Positions 1 to 12,600 of a stretch of DNA of 64,000 bases are shown piece by piece (the first letter of the stretch is position 1; every line of letters begins with the position of its first letter). The stretch spans positions 8,742,001 to 8,806,000 of the forward strand of contig CM059448.1 of assembly GCA_030390025.1 (NCBI GenBank). The letters are read 5' to 3'. A program made the position numbers and the translations under genes. The notes under the pieces were generated by a model, which had not been told where the DNA came from, did not search any database, and saw only the letters and a program-made list of their open reading frames with translations. The DNA comes from Squalus acanthias. Its lineage: Eukaryota.

Positions 1-560
1 ACCATCGGACTCCCCAAAGACTTTCCACCATCTACAAGGCACAAGTAAGGAGTGTGATGGAATACACTCCACTTGCCTGGATGAGTGCAGCTCCAACAAC
101 ACTCGACACCATCCAGGACAAAGCAACCCATTTGATTGGCACCCCATCCACCACCTTAAACAGTCACTCCCTCCACCACCGGCGTACCGTGGCTGCAGTG
201 TGTACCATCTACAAGATGCACTGCAGCAACTCGCCAAGGCTTCTTCGGCAGCACCTCCCAAACCCGCGACCTCTTCCACCTAGAAGGACAAGGGCAGTAG
301 GCGTATGGGAACACCACCACCTCCAAGTTCCCCTCCAAATCACACCATCCTGACTTAGAAGTATATCGCCGAGCCTTCCTCGTCGCTGGGTCAAAATCCT
401 GGAACTCCCTCCCTAACAGCATTGTGGGAGTACCATCACCACACGGACTGCAGCGATTCAAGAAGGCGGCTCACCACCACCTTCTCAAGGGCAACTAGGG
501 ATGGGCAATAAATGCTGGCCTTGCCAGCGACGCCCAGATCCCGTAAGCGAATAAAAAAAC
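1..560 (+). mobile_element. 3' end of a non-LTR retrotransposon (CR1/L2-group RT C-terminus, 3' UTR, A-rich tail)
   Basis: STIYKAQVRSVMEYTPLAW...LDTIQDKA...LHHRRTVAA..IYK RT C-terminal peptide; ends gaataaaaaaa. Confidence 0.8.
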
Positions 561-1396
561 AAACTGTAAAATTAGAAATTGGTTGAGTTAGGTCAATATC
601 ACCAGTTTATTGTGGCAGCATATGAATTGTTGTCTGTATGATGCCTGCCACTGAGAGTTGTCTTTTTAAACTGCTGCAATGTTTCCTTGTAGCTAGTATT
701 TTCAGATTGCTGAGGTATTTCCAATCGAATCCATCTCAACATCAGTGTGAATGGGGCTTTGCGTTAAGCAACCTTCTGTGTCCTAATCTGATACCATAAT
801 AAAACCAGTATAGATGAAAGGAATTTAGTTACTCAGTATTTGGACAGTTCTGTAAACTAATGAACAAGCTGTACTAATAATGTCCAGTTCAAATACATAT
901 GAGCTTTATATTCATCAGAGTTACTGTTTACAGATTTAATGCTTTTCTGGTGGTTAACCATCCTTTTCTGCAGTACTTTGCCAGAACACTTTTTTAATAA
1001 TTTAGAACCTAATTATTCATCAATTTAATACAGGCATTAAGTATTATAATAAATTTCTACGCTAATGTTTTAAATTAGTCCTACTTAAAAACCTAATCCA
1101 TTGTTGTTATGCAGTTACACAATAGTTATTGTTTACTTCATGATCAGTAGAATGAATCTTTTGATCTTTGCTGGCTGAATAAAATATCTTACTGATTAAT
1201 ATAGCCGCTCCTATTCAATTGCACACTACTCAGCCATTAATTACAGGGAAAAATCATTCCAGTACATTCCAAAAATATCTTATCTTTACAGTATTCATTG
1301 GTGTACTTAAACTTAAAACATGAGACGAATATTCTTCCCATTCCCACCCCCCCTCCATTTTCTTGGCTTGTTTGAAGGTGCAGATTCATGCTGGCA

Positions 1397-1512
1397 TATA
1401 GAAACATAGAAACTAGGAGCAGGAGTAGGCCATTCGGCCCGTCGAGCCTGCTCCACCATTCAATATGATCATGGCTGATCATCCAAATCCAGCACCCTGT
1501 CCCTGCTCTCTC
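1397..1512 (-). mobile_element. CR1/HER1-type LINE 3' tail
   Basis: Reverse strand: gcaggctcgacgggccgaatggcctactcctgctcct + (ttctatgt)n tail, as in the LINEs at 17045 and 40702. Confidence 0.85.
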
Positions 1513-1840
1513 ACACAGTATCCCCATCGAGCCTGCACCGACACATATCCCACCCTATCCCCGTAACCCCACGTATTTAATTCCCCCTAACATATCCCAT
1601 CCTATCCCCGTAACCCCACATATTTAATCCCCCCCCTAACACTAAGGGTCAATTTATCATAGCCAAATCAACCTAACCCGCACATTTTTGGACTGTGGGA
1701 GGAAACCGGAGCACCCGGAGGAAACCCATGCAGACACGGGGAGAATGTGCAAACTCCACACAGACAGTCACCCGAGGTCAGATTCGAACCCGGGTCCCTG
1801 GTGCTGTGAGGCACCAGTGCTAACCACTATGCCACCGTGT
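1513..1840 (-). mobile_element. HE1/V-SINE (tRNA-derived) with internal ~45-bp duplication
   Basis: A/B boxes (gcatagtggttagc, gggttcgaatc) and V-domain GGGTTTCCTCCGGGTGCTCCGGTTTCCTCCCACAGTCCAAA on the minus strand; near-identical to the copy at 42472. Confidence 0.9.
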
Positions 1841-1854
1841 TCCAAGAACTTTGC

Positions 1855-2100
1855 TGGCCATCTAGCATCTCATTTAAATAGGAATCCTATATTTGCAAGC
1901 CTAGGCAGAGTATGGGCAGGCAGTTTGACCAAGTGACCAGTTCTCACGGCCAACGCCAAGCCAGACTTCACCTGATACTCCAGCACATGCACTTCCCATC
2001 AAGGGTTATTGGGTAGTTAACAGGAGAGAGGGTTTTTTTTGCACCTTCCTAATCTTGGGATTATGAGGCCAACTGTAACACACTCACTTCTGCCTTGTTA
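1855..2100 (-). mobile_element. Old tRNA-headed SINE family X, partial copy
   Basis: Shared blocks (cacatgcacttcc, gaggccaactgtaac) with copies at 9125, 22745, 31790. Confidence 0.55.
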
Positions 2101-2664
2101 GGCCCTGATTTTTTTTAAATGATATCTGCTTGTCATTTTTTAAAGTATGAATAGTTAGCTGTAGGTCTAGTCAGGAATCTGTGAAAATATCCCCCATTTG
2201 CCACCCCTCTCCAAAAAAAAAACATTTTTGGAACTGGTTTATTCTATCACTTTTTTTGAATAACCTGAAAAGATAGAGAATCACTCTTATTGTAGAATGA
2301 AAGGTGTACATAAATACCATTCACTGAGCTAATGAAATATGGTACTTGAGTAGAGTCAAAAGTAAATACTCCAAGATAAAGTTTCTCATGAAATATTTGA
2401 AAGATATTAGTCAAGGAATTAAAAACATTGAGAAATACCATAAAATGTGCACAAGCCACTTGTTTATACTTAGAACATAAAATGTAACTTATTTAAATTT
2501 TGGTTGGTTTGTACGTGCCTGATTAACTTTTAGCTTATGTTCCCAACCAAGGATATATTTTTGAGGGGAGAAATCCCTCTCCTGCTCTCTCCTCTCTTTT
2601 TTCCCCTCCACCTCCTTCCAAAAAAAGTTTCCACCGCCCCCAAATTTCCAGTCCATGAATCAAC

Positions 2665-2790
2665 ACACAGAGCGCTCCTCTGATTCTCTTCAAATAGTAC
2701 ATAGAAACTTCTATGCCCACCTGAGAAGGCAGACAGGATCTTGGTTTAACATCTCATTTGACAGAAGGCACCTCTAACTAATGCACTACC
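2665..2790 (-). mobile_element. Deu-domain (SacSINE1-like) SINE fragment
   Basis: cccacctgagaaggcagacaggatcttggtttaacatctca is the reverse complement of the 14726 SINE body. Confidence 0.65.
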
Positions 2791-5129
2791 TTTTTAAGTT
2801 TAATTGCAGGAGTTAAAATATCATAGTTTTCGGGATAGACCTGTGTCAAGGAAGAAATCTAAGTCTTAGTCAAATCTCCACTGTATGGTATTGACATAGA
2901 GTATGTTGTGATGGATTTTAAAGTTCAAGTCTTCATAATCTCCAAATATGCTTGTTATAATACTTTACAGTGATTGTGTTTAATCTTGATGAATGGATGT
3001 TCTTGAAAGGTTATTTAAATGGACAGAACATGTGGCCCCTGAGAATAGTAACATTGTTCAGTATTCCCCAAACACACAAAGTGCTGGAAATGATAAATGA
3101 ACAGGGGAGTTTCTCAAAATGGCCAGTAGTAGGTGTGTATAAATTGGTACAACAACAAACCCAACACATGCTAGCATTCCATTGTTGAGATTAAGAGCTC
3201 CTGTGAGTATGTTAAAGCCTTTTCCCTTCAATGTGCAGTATATAGTTTAAGAAAACTATTGTTGGTATTCTCCCTACCATCAATTGCTGCAAGAGGTATT
3301 AACCTGAATTGATATCGGGCTTCAGAAACTGGACAAAATAAAAAGCTAGGTAATTTATATCAAGATACTTGCACTTGCAACTAGAATACAAATGTTTTGT
3401 TACTATAGTTGGAAACAATCATTAGCATTAAAATAGAAACTTGAATTTATAACTTCAGAGTGATGGAAGTGTTGTTCCTTGTTTCTTGCAAGTTTTTAAA
3501 TAGTTAATTTTTAGGGGATTTTCTGCCTGTTATTTTGTGTTCTTTACTCTCCCTTTCCACATGCTGCGTCACCTTTAACAAGAGGTAGGCAGGCAACCTG
3601 TTTCAGTCCTCTGCATGTATTGCTAGCATCTATTAGATGATGTGCAACACTTTGCTCACCGGTTTCACTCCTCTTTCTCTCCCCCTCCCCCAAAGGCTAC
3701 GGGAAAGAGTGTAGTGTAATCTGCTGTGTAGAAATAGATGTTGCACTTGTTTTGAAAATGAGACCAGTGTCTATGTTACAGAAACATTAAAATATATGGT
3801 GTAGAGTGGAATACAAACAGGCGGTTATTGACACCCAGAGCCACTAATAACTTAATTATTGTCACTAGTGTTTCTATGAAAAATAGAAAAGATTTTGATT
3901 GTGAACTACTTTAAAATTGTGTAAATAAAATAGCATAGCATAAGATGTGAGTAAGCTAAATCTCCCGGAATTGTTTTTAAAATCAAACATTTGTAAAATA
4001 TTCTCATAAATTTGTTGGAATAGTTTTATCAACTGGAACAGAGTGGGGAGGATAAATTAACATTAGTGGAGTATGAAGGCATTAATTCAGTGCTTAGCAA
4101 TTGTCATTGCAGCTGTGTCAATTCAAGTTCCTTAGTGTTGGCTCCAAGCCAGTTCCTGATGTCCTCAGCACTCACTTAGCAAAAATATTTGTTTAACAAA
4201 TCAACAAAAATACATGCAAAAATCTAAAGACAATGATTACAAATGTATTAATTTTCTTTAAACCTGTACTGATGCTGATTATCCTCCTAATATACTCTAG
4301 CAGTGTTTTCTGAATCTAAAAAATATCCAACTACTAGTAGAACTTTGTGCAATTATCTTAGTAATGGACATTGACAGCTGGTGATGAATCTACAGGGATG
4401 AAATTTAGTGACTTTGGATCATAGGAATAGAAAACATTAAGATTTAGTTTTGAGTCTATGGGGACATTAATAAGGGGTTGACTTTTAACTGGTTATCAGA
4501 CTGGAAACTGCTCCAGGACTACAGTGAAGGTTGACAATGTGAAGAGCATAATTACATTCCGCACACTGCTTTGTGCCTGCTTGTTTCTGTTTTTAAACCA
4601 GTTTTTTTGTTTTTTACGATGGAAAGCATTACACCTTAAAATGCTTAATGGCAAGTCATACCATTTTCCAGGTGTGCAGCAATATTCATATGTATGGCTA
4701 TTGTAGTAAAATAGCACAAAAACAATGAGGATGAAGGAGGAGTGGGGGGTGGGGTGGGGTGGGGGGGAGGTGGAGATCTATTAATGGACAGCCAGCATGA
4801 TTTCTCTGCACGTTTACAATTTATTTCCATTTAACCAAATTATGGGCTAGAATAGCTGACTAAGCACGTGAAAGATGCTTAATTAATAGGGTCATTTATT
4901 CTAAATTGTGGGGGAAGGGGCATTGGAATTTTGAGCTTGTGACACAAGTCGCCAATGCTATAGTTTTGAAATTTGCCCCATTTTCTTGCTCCTATGGTTT
5001 TCACTTTCACTTTGTATCTCAAATTTCTGTTGCTGTACAGTTGTGATTTTTGCATATCATATTTGATGTATTTGTATATTTTACATCTTGGTCTCCTTTT
5101 CTTCATGATCTTTGATGCTTGCACAGCTC

Positions 5130-5582
5130 ATGTCATGTCATCTGCACAAAAATTCCACCCAGCCATCGCCCCATTCTTTCTGAGCTCCACTGACTTCATA
5201 TTTCCAGCAAATTAACTTCAAGATCTTCATCTTTAAGTCCCTCCACAGCCTTAATAGCCTATATACCCAATCTTCTACAGCCATGAGTCCCTATCCATAG
5301 TCTCTCTTCTGTCTTCGGATTACTGCCTGTTCTCTGCCCCATTGGCTATTCAGTCATGGTGCCTGTACCTGCTGGAATTCTCTTCCTAAATCATTTGTCT
5401 TGCTATCCTCCCTCCTTGCCTTCAAAAGCCTCCTAAAAATCTATTTCTTTCATAATGCCTTTAGCATCTCTTCGTTCCCTCTTTTGCCCTATTCCACCCT
5501 GAAAATTTCGTCCTTTCTTGTGCTTGGTCTCAACCTTACACTCGGTTGTTTTTGTAAGGGAGTGCCATATAAAAGTAAGTTA
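5130..5582 (+). mobile_element. Degenerate L2 LINE 3' end
   Basis: Similar to 34850-35265 (aagtccctccacagcctt, ctggaattc, ccatataaaagtaagtt tail). Confidence 0.6.
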
Positions 5583-6379
5583 ATTGAATAGAGCCAGGAA
5601 ATTATACAAAAGACCGAGCTTATTTTCTCACCTACCAGCAGTTCTCACTCTAGCAGCTATATGTTTTGAAGTTCTATTGATATTTTCTATGAAATTTCAG
5701 AAATTTTATACCAAAGATCCAAAAAAGCTAAAGCCCTACCTTTACAGCTCTAAAGAAATACTCTAGAATAAGGTTTAACCCTGTAATTTCCTTACTGAAA
5801 ATGGCTCATAGACTGCTTCAAAAGAGCATACCTGTGACTGGGTAGACTGTCTGGCCAGGATGACTTTTCAATTTCTTTTTCTTAGAAACCTAATTGTGGT
5901 TGGGACTTTTATGAAACTAGCGAGGTGGGGGATTCATTGTGGAGGTTAAAAATATTGAAGCTACAACTTTGTTAAAAACAGGATTTTTATCAGTAAAAAT
6001 TGTTACTGGTAGCAGTTTGATTTTTGATGCTATCTATCACTGTCCTATATTTTACTCATCCCCAAAAAGGAAGAATGATTGGAGGGTTGATGCCCTTTTA
6101 GTTGCTCTAAGCAACCAATTCAAATCGGAGCTACTGCTAGATACCTAAGCACTTGCTGAGTATAGTGTGCAAGTATTGACCACTTGGTTGGATATTTAAA
6201 TACACAATTGTGATTTTCATGTTGTTTGAACAGTATTGTTCGGCTACTCTGGTGTTGGCATTATGTTGAACAGATTTTTTTCATCATATTAGTACAATGG
6301 TTATAAACTGGGTAATTTTGAGTTTAATAATTCTTTTCATATATATCGAAATTAAATTAAGTTTTTCTTTGTGTTTACA

Positions 6380-6675
6380 GGGTATAGTGGTTATGATACT
6401 GGATTAGTAACCCAGAGGTTCAGTGTTCAAATCCCACCATGGCAAATTGTGAAATTGAATGGAATAAATCTGGTAAAGTAAGGACTAGCGCCTGAAAAAT
6501 GACCATGAAAACTGTCGGCTTGTTAAAAACTCAGCTGATTTACAGGTCCATCAGGGAAGGGAGCCTGCCACCCCAACCTGGTCTGACCTATATGTGACAA
6601 GTCCCACAGGGTTGATTCTTAATGCCCTTGGGGGCTGCATTGCCAGCATAGCCCACATCCTTAGAACAAAAAAAA
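6380..6675 (+). mobile_element. tRNA-derived SINE family Y (tail related to the LINE at 1-560)
   Basis: gtatagtggttatg / gttcaaatccc boxes; ends ttgccagcatagcccacatcc + A-run. Confidence 0.7.
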
Positions 6676-9124
6676 AGACTTGTTGGCAGCAGATTTGTGC
6701 TTAGTGACCTGTTTGCTGGAATGTTGAATTAGGATATGACGACATTGATGCTTCAGTGTTTGTTACAGATTTGAATGCTTCTTACACTGATCTATTGCAT
6801 CGTGAGCTTGTCTGCTTTGCACATCTTAGTTTATTGTAAACCTGCACTGATTGCAGGTGGATTAGTGAATTTTTGACAAGGTGGCATCTACGTATCTTAC
6901 CAGAAACTTTAATTGTTTTAAGAATGTATTCATCAATGTTCATTTGGGAATCAGGTACTTGTATTGGTACTTGTATAGTTCAGTGGCACTAGTTCTAAAA
7001 CCACTGAGCAATCTGACCAATCGTTTTTTGTTAGATGATCATTAACTATAGATCATTTTGCTAGTTTAATAAAGTGTATATTGAAAAGATTTAATTCAGT
7101 CTGATGGAAAACTTTACTGGATATAATTACGCTTTTTAGCTGGTGGAAATACTGAGAGTTAACATTTCTTTCTCCCCTCGCTAGTTAGAGGATCATTTAA
7201 CCAGAACAAAAAAAAATCAGAAAATGCTTCTGCTCTTAAAGTATTGCTCAGCATTTCTGTGATTAGATTTTAATCTAAAAATGAGTCAGTGTCTAGTTTT
7301 ATGCTTTGTAGTAGGTTTTTGGAATGCAAGTGGGTCAAACCCCAATAGAATGCAGGAAGAAAATCTCCCCCTCAGTTTGAAGTGTTGAAAACTACTGAAG
7401 CCAGGCCTAGTCAGTCTCATTATTAAACTACAGAAGCATAAAAAAAGAATGGACCCTGTCAGACACCATCTGTTCAAGGCTGGTGAATTCAAACACAGGG
7501 AAATTGGGAGCACTAGACAAACACTGGTTCTTATTCCAAGCTCCAACCCCTCATTAAATTATCTAGAGACAGTAATCAGATATCTGCTGTTCAAATTAAT
7601 GGCACCTTAGAGCTCATGTCAAGAGTTTGTTAATGTGTAGCAGTTTCATGTTTAGACCACGAGTAGTGCAGGTGTCTTTCAGCTCTCATTTAATTTAAGC
7701 AGCTTTGTTGTCATGACAATTAGTTGAGACATCAGGGATATGTTATGTCAGGGATGCAAATTTTTAGAATTTTCAATCGATGTATAAAGCAACGGCCAAT
7801 TGAAGTTTCCATTAGTGCATTTTTTAAATGAATAAATTCTAGATGAATGCTTTGAGGTTTGGAGTCACTTAATATCGTGCCCATGTATAACTGTTTCAAA
7901 AATGTGATTGCTAAATTCAGTACAGATATTGTCTGAAAGGATTTCTAATTTGTTCAAACATACAACATGCTACAAGTGTATATAAAGGATTACATTTATA
8001 GAACAGATGTGAACATGTGCAACTGGGCTACTATACATAAGAGCCTGCCTCTTAACCAAGTTGTGCATTTAGAATGCCACGACTGCCTACTATTCCAGTT
8101 TAGCAGCTGGACCATTGGGTCAAACACTACGTTATGGTGGGCTTCTTCATTTGGAAGACCAAAAGCATCATAGTTTTTTGTTCATGCGGAAATGGCCCAG
8201 CAGCATTGACAGCAATCAAATCGTCCAGAAGTATAATATTGACTTATGACTGAAGGAGCCTTCAGAACTAATGGTCTGCTTTAACACTTGATAATGAAAA
8301 TTGTGTGTTTATAATGAATTTATATTGCTCTTTCATGGACTTTGCAGTTAACTAAGTTAAAACCTGGATTAGCACATGGCAAGCTCCACAGCAGCATTAA
8401 GCTGATTTACTATTGCGCCAGCTGTCCCATTCATGAAGTAAAAGCAAATGACCTGGATATCTGAAGTTGGGCATCTAAATATCTTAATATCTAAAATGAA
8501 GGTAGGTTTGTATGAAAATACTGCATTGGTAAGGTTGAAAAGGACCTTATATTAAGTGACTTGTATGGTTTCCTTTTTCAGCCATTTATAGCATTGCACA
8601 TGGTTTTCTTTTAGCCTGAAGTTATCTGTTTAAACAAAATTCCACATGCTTTGCTTTGACATTGAAAAAGAGCTTGCACGCAACGAGGCAAACCACCTTG
8701 CGTCATGCGTATTAATCCATATTAGCTTGTGTGTATATATAAACACTTGTTTCCAAAAGTGTTTCCTCTTCCCTCTTCTAAGCAGCCTTCCCATTGGTAA
8801 ATAAAAACTGGTGGATCTGCTTCTTTTGACACCAATCACACTCGGGAAGCAGATTTTTTTGGTACTGATCCGCGTTTGATCCTGTTTAATGCTACCAATT
8901 ATTGAGTTCTGTAGATAAAGTCTGTAAACTCAAATTTAGGCGCACATATTGTACCTATTGTCATATGGTTTGATTAGAAGGATTCTAATTATATTCCACT
9001 GAAGTTTCTCCCTAGACAATGTACTTCCAAGCAAAATGACTCCTTAGATAATTTGATTTTTGTTTCATAGACCCTAGTTGCCATGGGATACAATTTGTTA
9101 CTTGTTGCACTTTTTTAAATAGTT

Positions 9125-9478
9125 TAACTCCTCACTTGCAGGTGCTGATTCATGCTGGCCTTCAGTTTGCCCATATGGCCATTATGTCAGCCTAGATATG
9201 AATGTTGAGGTGTTTGACCATGAAAGGTATCACAGCCAACCTCCATTCCCATCCTCGATTGACTTCCAGCAGCAGTCTCTAGATAGGAAACAGCAGGAAT
9301 CCTGTTTCTCCCCCATCCCCACTCCTACTCCTGAGTCCAGGGTGCTGAAGCCAATTATACAATCCCTGTATTAGTTTGGCTAAAATGAGAACTCCTCAGA
9401 GATTGGGGATCAAACCTGGAAGCTTTGTTTGCTGATTAGCACACCAGATGGTGCATTTACTCATTGAACCATTGGGGA
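9125..9478 (-). mobile_element. Old tRNA-headed SINE family X copy
   Basis: gggatcaaacctgg (B box, reverse) and gcatttactcattgaacc (A box, reverse); body shared with other copies. Confidence 0.65.
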
Positions 9479-9807
9479 ACTTTCAACTGCTTCCTCTAGA
9501 GTCCTAATAAAAATGTAATTAAAGATTAGAACTTTTTCCTAAATATCTTTTCAGAAGAATTGTTGGAGTTGCTATAAAACTCAAGCCACTGCTGAAGTAA
9601 AATAAGGTTACTGAAAGGGGCTGTTGGTTTAACTAAAGAAATTTCACCTGTTTAATGACCTAATTTTTCCCTAAATTTTTCTTAATAGGTGATTTAAAAG
9701 TTACATGTTTACAAACATTTGCATCAAAATGATAAATAATCTGAAAGTCAGAATTTAAATGAAAAATAAAATGAAGCAGATTATCAGAGCCTCCTAGAGC
9801 TTTGTAT

Positions 9808-9885
9808 TGTACTTCATTGGCTGTAAAGCGCTTTGGAGTGTCCTGCGGTCATGAAAGGCGCTATATAAAGGCAAGTCCTTTTCTT
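9808..9885 (+). mobile_element. Deu-SINE/L2-type 3' tail
   Basis: gtacttcattggctgtaaagcgctttgg...gaaaggcgctatataaaggcaagtc, same as 26440-26515. Confidence 0.8.
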
Positions 9886-9984
9886 TGTATCTGTCTTCAT
9901 TCCAGCTTAGTCTGCTAAATGTTCAGCTCCAGTAACAGAAGCTAAAGTGTTCTAATGTTAATGGTTGCAGCTTCAAAATCGTAG

Positions 9985-10446
<462 letters not shown>

Positions 10447-10449
10447 AGC

Positions 10450-10810
10450 ATGTGTTGATTGCAAAGGTAAAACACAGTGAGGCCATGGAGGCATTTAAAA
10501 GCGAGGATGAAAATGTTTAAATTGACTCGCTGGGGTCTGGTGGACCTTGGAAAGGATGGGGGTAATAGGATTTGTGGGACTTTGTGGGTGAGATGTGGGC
10601 TGTGGTGTTGCGGATGAGTTGAAGCTTGCAGAGAGTTCAGGCAGGCAGGCTAGCTGAGAGCCTGGGAGAAGGTGGTGATGGCTTGGACTAGGATTCTAGT
10701 GGCAGAGGGAGGAGTGAAGGTGGCTCAAGTTACTGAGGTGGAAGAATGTAACCTCAGATGTAGTTATTGGCCAAGCAGTGCACCAAGGTTCTGCACCTCC
10801 TGAGGCAACA
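10450..10810 (-). mobile_element. Degenerate L2 fragment
   Basis: gtgaggccatggaggcatttaaaagcgaggatgaaaat matches the reverse complement of the L2 at 34890-34930 and the copy at 53200. Confidence 0.55.
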
Positions 10811-10869
10811 ATTAAGAAAATTGATCAAATCTAGACTGTGGGTGCCCTGTTGTATCAAAATATTAATGT

Positions 10870-11790
10870 TTGCTTTCTGTATCCTGTCAAGTATCTTGTA
10901 TACTTTCATAAGATTTCCTAATGAACTCTAGCTTATCGAGCAATTCCACACAGCTCATTTTTCGAACACTGGGGATTGTCTTTGCACTCATTTGCACGGT
11001 CTCTAGGACCTGATGTACTTTATATGTTGCAACCAGAACTGTGTGCCATTCCCCAGGTGCAGCCTGACCAGAGTGCTGTATAACTCAAGTACAGCTTCCA
11101 AGTATTAAAAGTCAACTGCTTTAACAAAATAACCTAGCATCTTGTTCATTTTATTGTTTCTTCACACTGGTCTTTTAACTTAACTTGCCCTTGCTGAGTT
11201 CTGTTCCACCCATAGAGTACACATAATCTCCTATTTACCATTTGGACATCTTGGCACATCCATCCAGAAAGATACCACAGTTTCCTCCCCCCCCCATCTT
11301 TTGTTAGCAACTCCAGGATTTTTGTCTCCATTGCTCTACCCTTCCATGTGTTGGTGACTTTGTTTGACAAACCTTATCCCATCAGTCCTTAATTTGCCTT
11401 TTACTCGTTTGAACCCATGTCCCTTGATATACTCTCTTTAGTTTGAAGTAAATTTTTGCATCTACCATTTACTATCTTCAGACTCTTAGGACTGATGCCT
11501 CCTTTTCAAGCTGAAAATCTCCAAATCTTTTCAATTTCTCCTTCTACCATAGTCCTCTAACACTATAGGTTAGCCTCAGGCTTTTCACTGAATTGCTTTC
11601 AGGCCTAGAATCTGTCCCTTGTGTCTTGAAAACCAGAAATGGAGACACCACTCAAGGTGTGATCTGACCAATGCTCTATATAGTTTTGAGTATGACTTCC
11701 TCTGACTTGTACTACTATTTTCGCTATGTAGTTCACCATTCTATTTGCTTTGTTAATTGCTGCTCTGCAGTAGTTGGTTTGACAGTAAAT
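10870..11790 (-). mobile_element. Two or more highly degenerate CR1 3' fragments
   Basis: accagaactgtgtgccattccccaggtgcagcctgaccagag and aaccagaaatggagacaccactcaaggtgtgatctgaccaatgc match the CR1 'LVRPHLEYCVQFW' region in reverse. Confidence 0.55.
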
Positions 11791-12556
11791 ACAGCATTAT
11801 GGAAGATCTGTGAAGGAGGACAGGAAATTTTAGCAGTGTTTGCTAAAAGGCAGAAATCTGTAAGATGCTGTCTGACAGGCTGTTAAACATTTGGAAGATT
11901 CCCTGAAGACAGGAATTTCATTCAAGAGTTTCCTTTTTCAACTTTGATTGCAGCCTTTGTCATTTCCAGAACCTATACTTTTTTGTAAAATAATTGCTGT
12001 TTTTTTTTTAAATGCCTTAAATAGTACTTTTGTATCACAAACTAATGCACTACATTAGTCTTTTCCATTTCTGGTTATCAATTAGCAGTTTGAGATTTAC
12101 ATAGCTATTTTTGTGATGTGCAAAGTGTACATTTTTAAAGCTTCCATTGCATTGAAGAACATGAATTGCTAAGTGATCGAGGGATTTGAAAATTGACCAA
12201 AATCACTTCTTCAGTGTAACCGATTCATATTACCTATTTGATTTTTTACATTTTCTGCCGTTCATCGCAAGGCAGTTTTACAGAAACTATCTCCATCTAT
12301 GGTATTCAGACAGAAAAACTTTTCACCAGTTTTAAATCTGAACGATGGCCATCAGGCTTGGTTATTCGTGGATCTCCTGTTAATTTATCCATTTATTTGT
12401 TAACCAAACAGATTCTCTCTTTAAAATTATAGTAATTTTTTGAACTTTACCAAAGCATTTTACAACATTTTTTCACATTTTCCATGAGATGCGAAAGATC
12501 AGAACTCTATAATGCAGTATTTCTTAAAATGGTGGAACCATTTCTGAAGACTCTAG

Positions 12557-12600
12557 AATACTATATTTTCAAACCTAAAATACTATATTTTCAAACCTAA
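12557..12600. repeat. Perfect 22-bp tandem duplication (aatactatattttcaaacctaa x2)
   Basis: Read directly. Confidence 0.95.

Noticed and set aside
1688-1936. 82-aa ORF MDCGRKPEHPEETHADTGR...
   Set aside because: Antisense translation of the V-SINE domain, a common spurious ORF
7215-7272. Decayed Penelope-like inverted remnant (cagaaaatgct...agcatttctg)
   Set aside because: Similarity too short to distinguish from chance
8560-8900. Possible conserved non-coding element (also ~20560-20720)
   Set aside because: Unique-looking sequence with some CpG, but conservation cannot be judged without alignments
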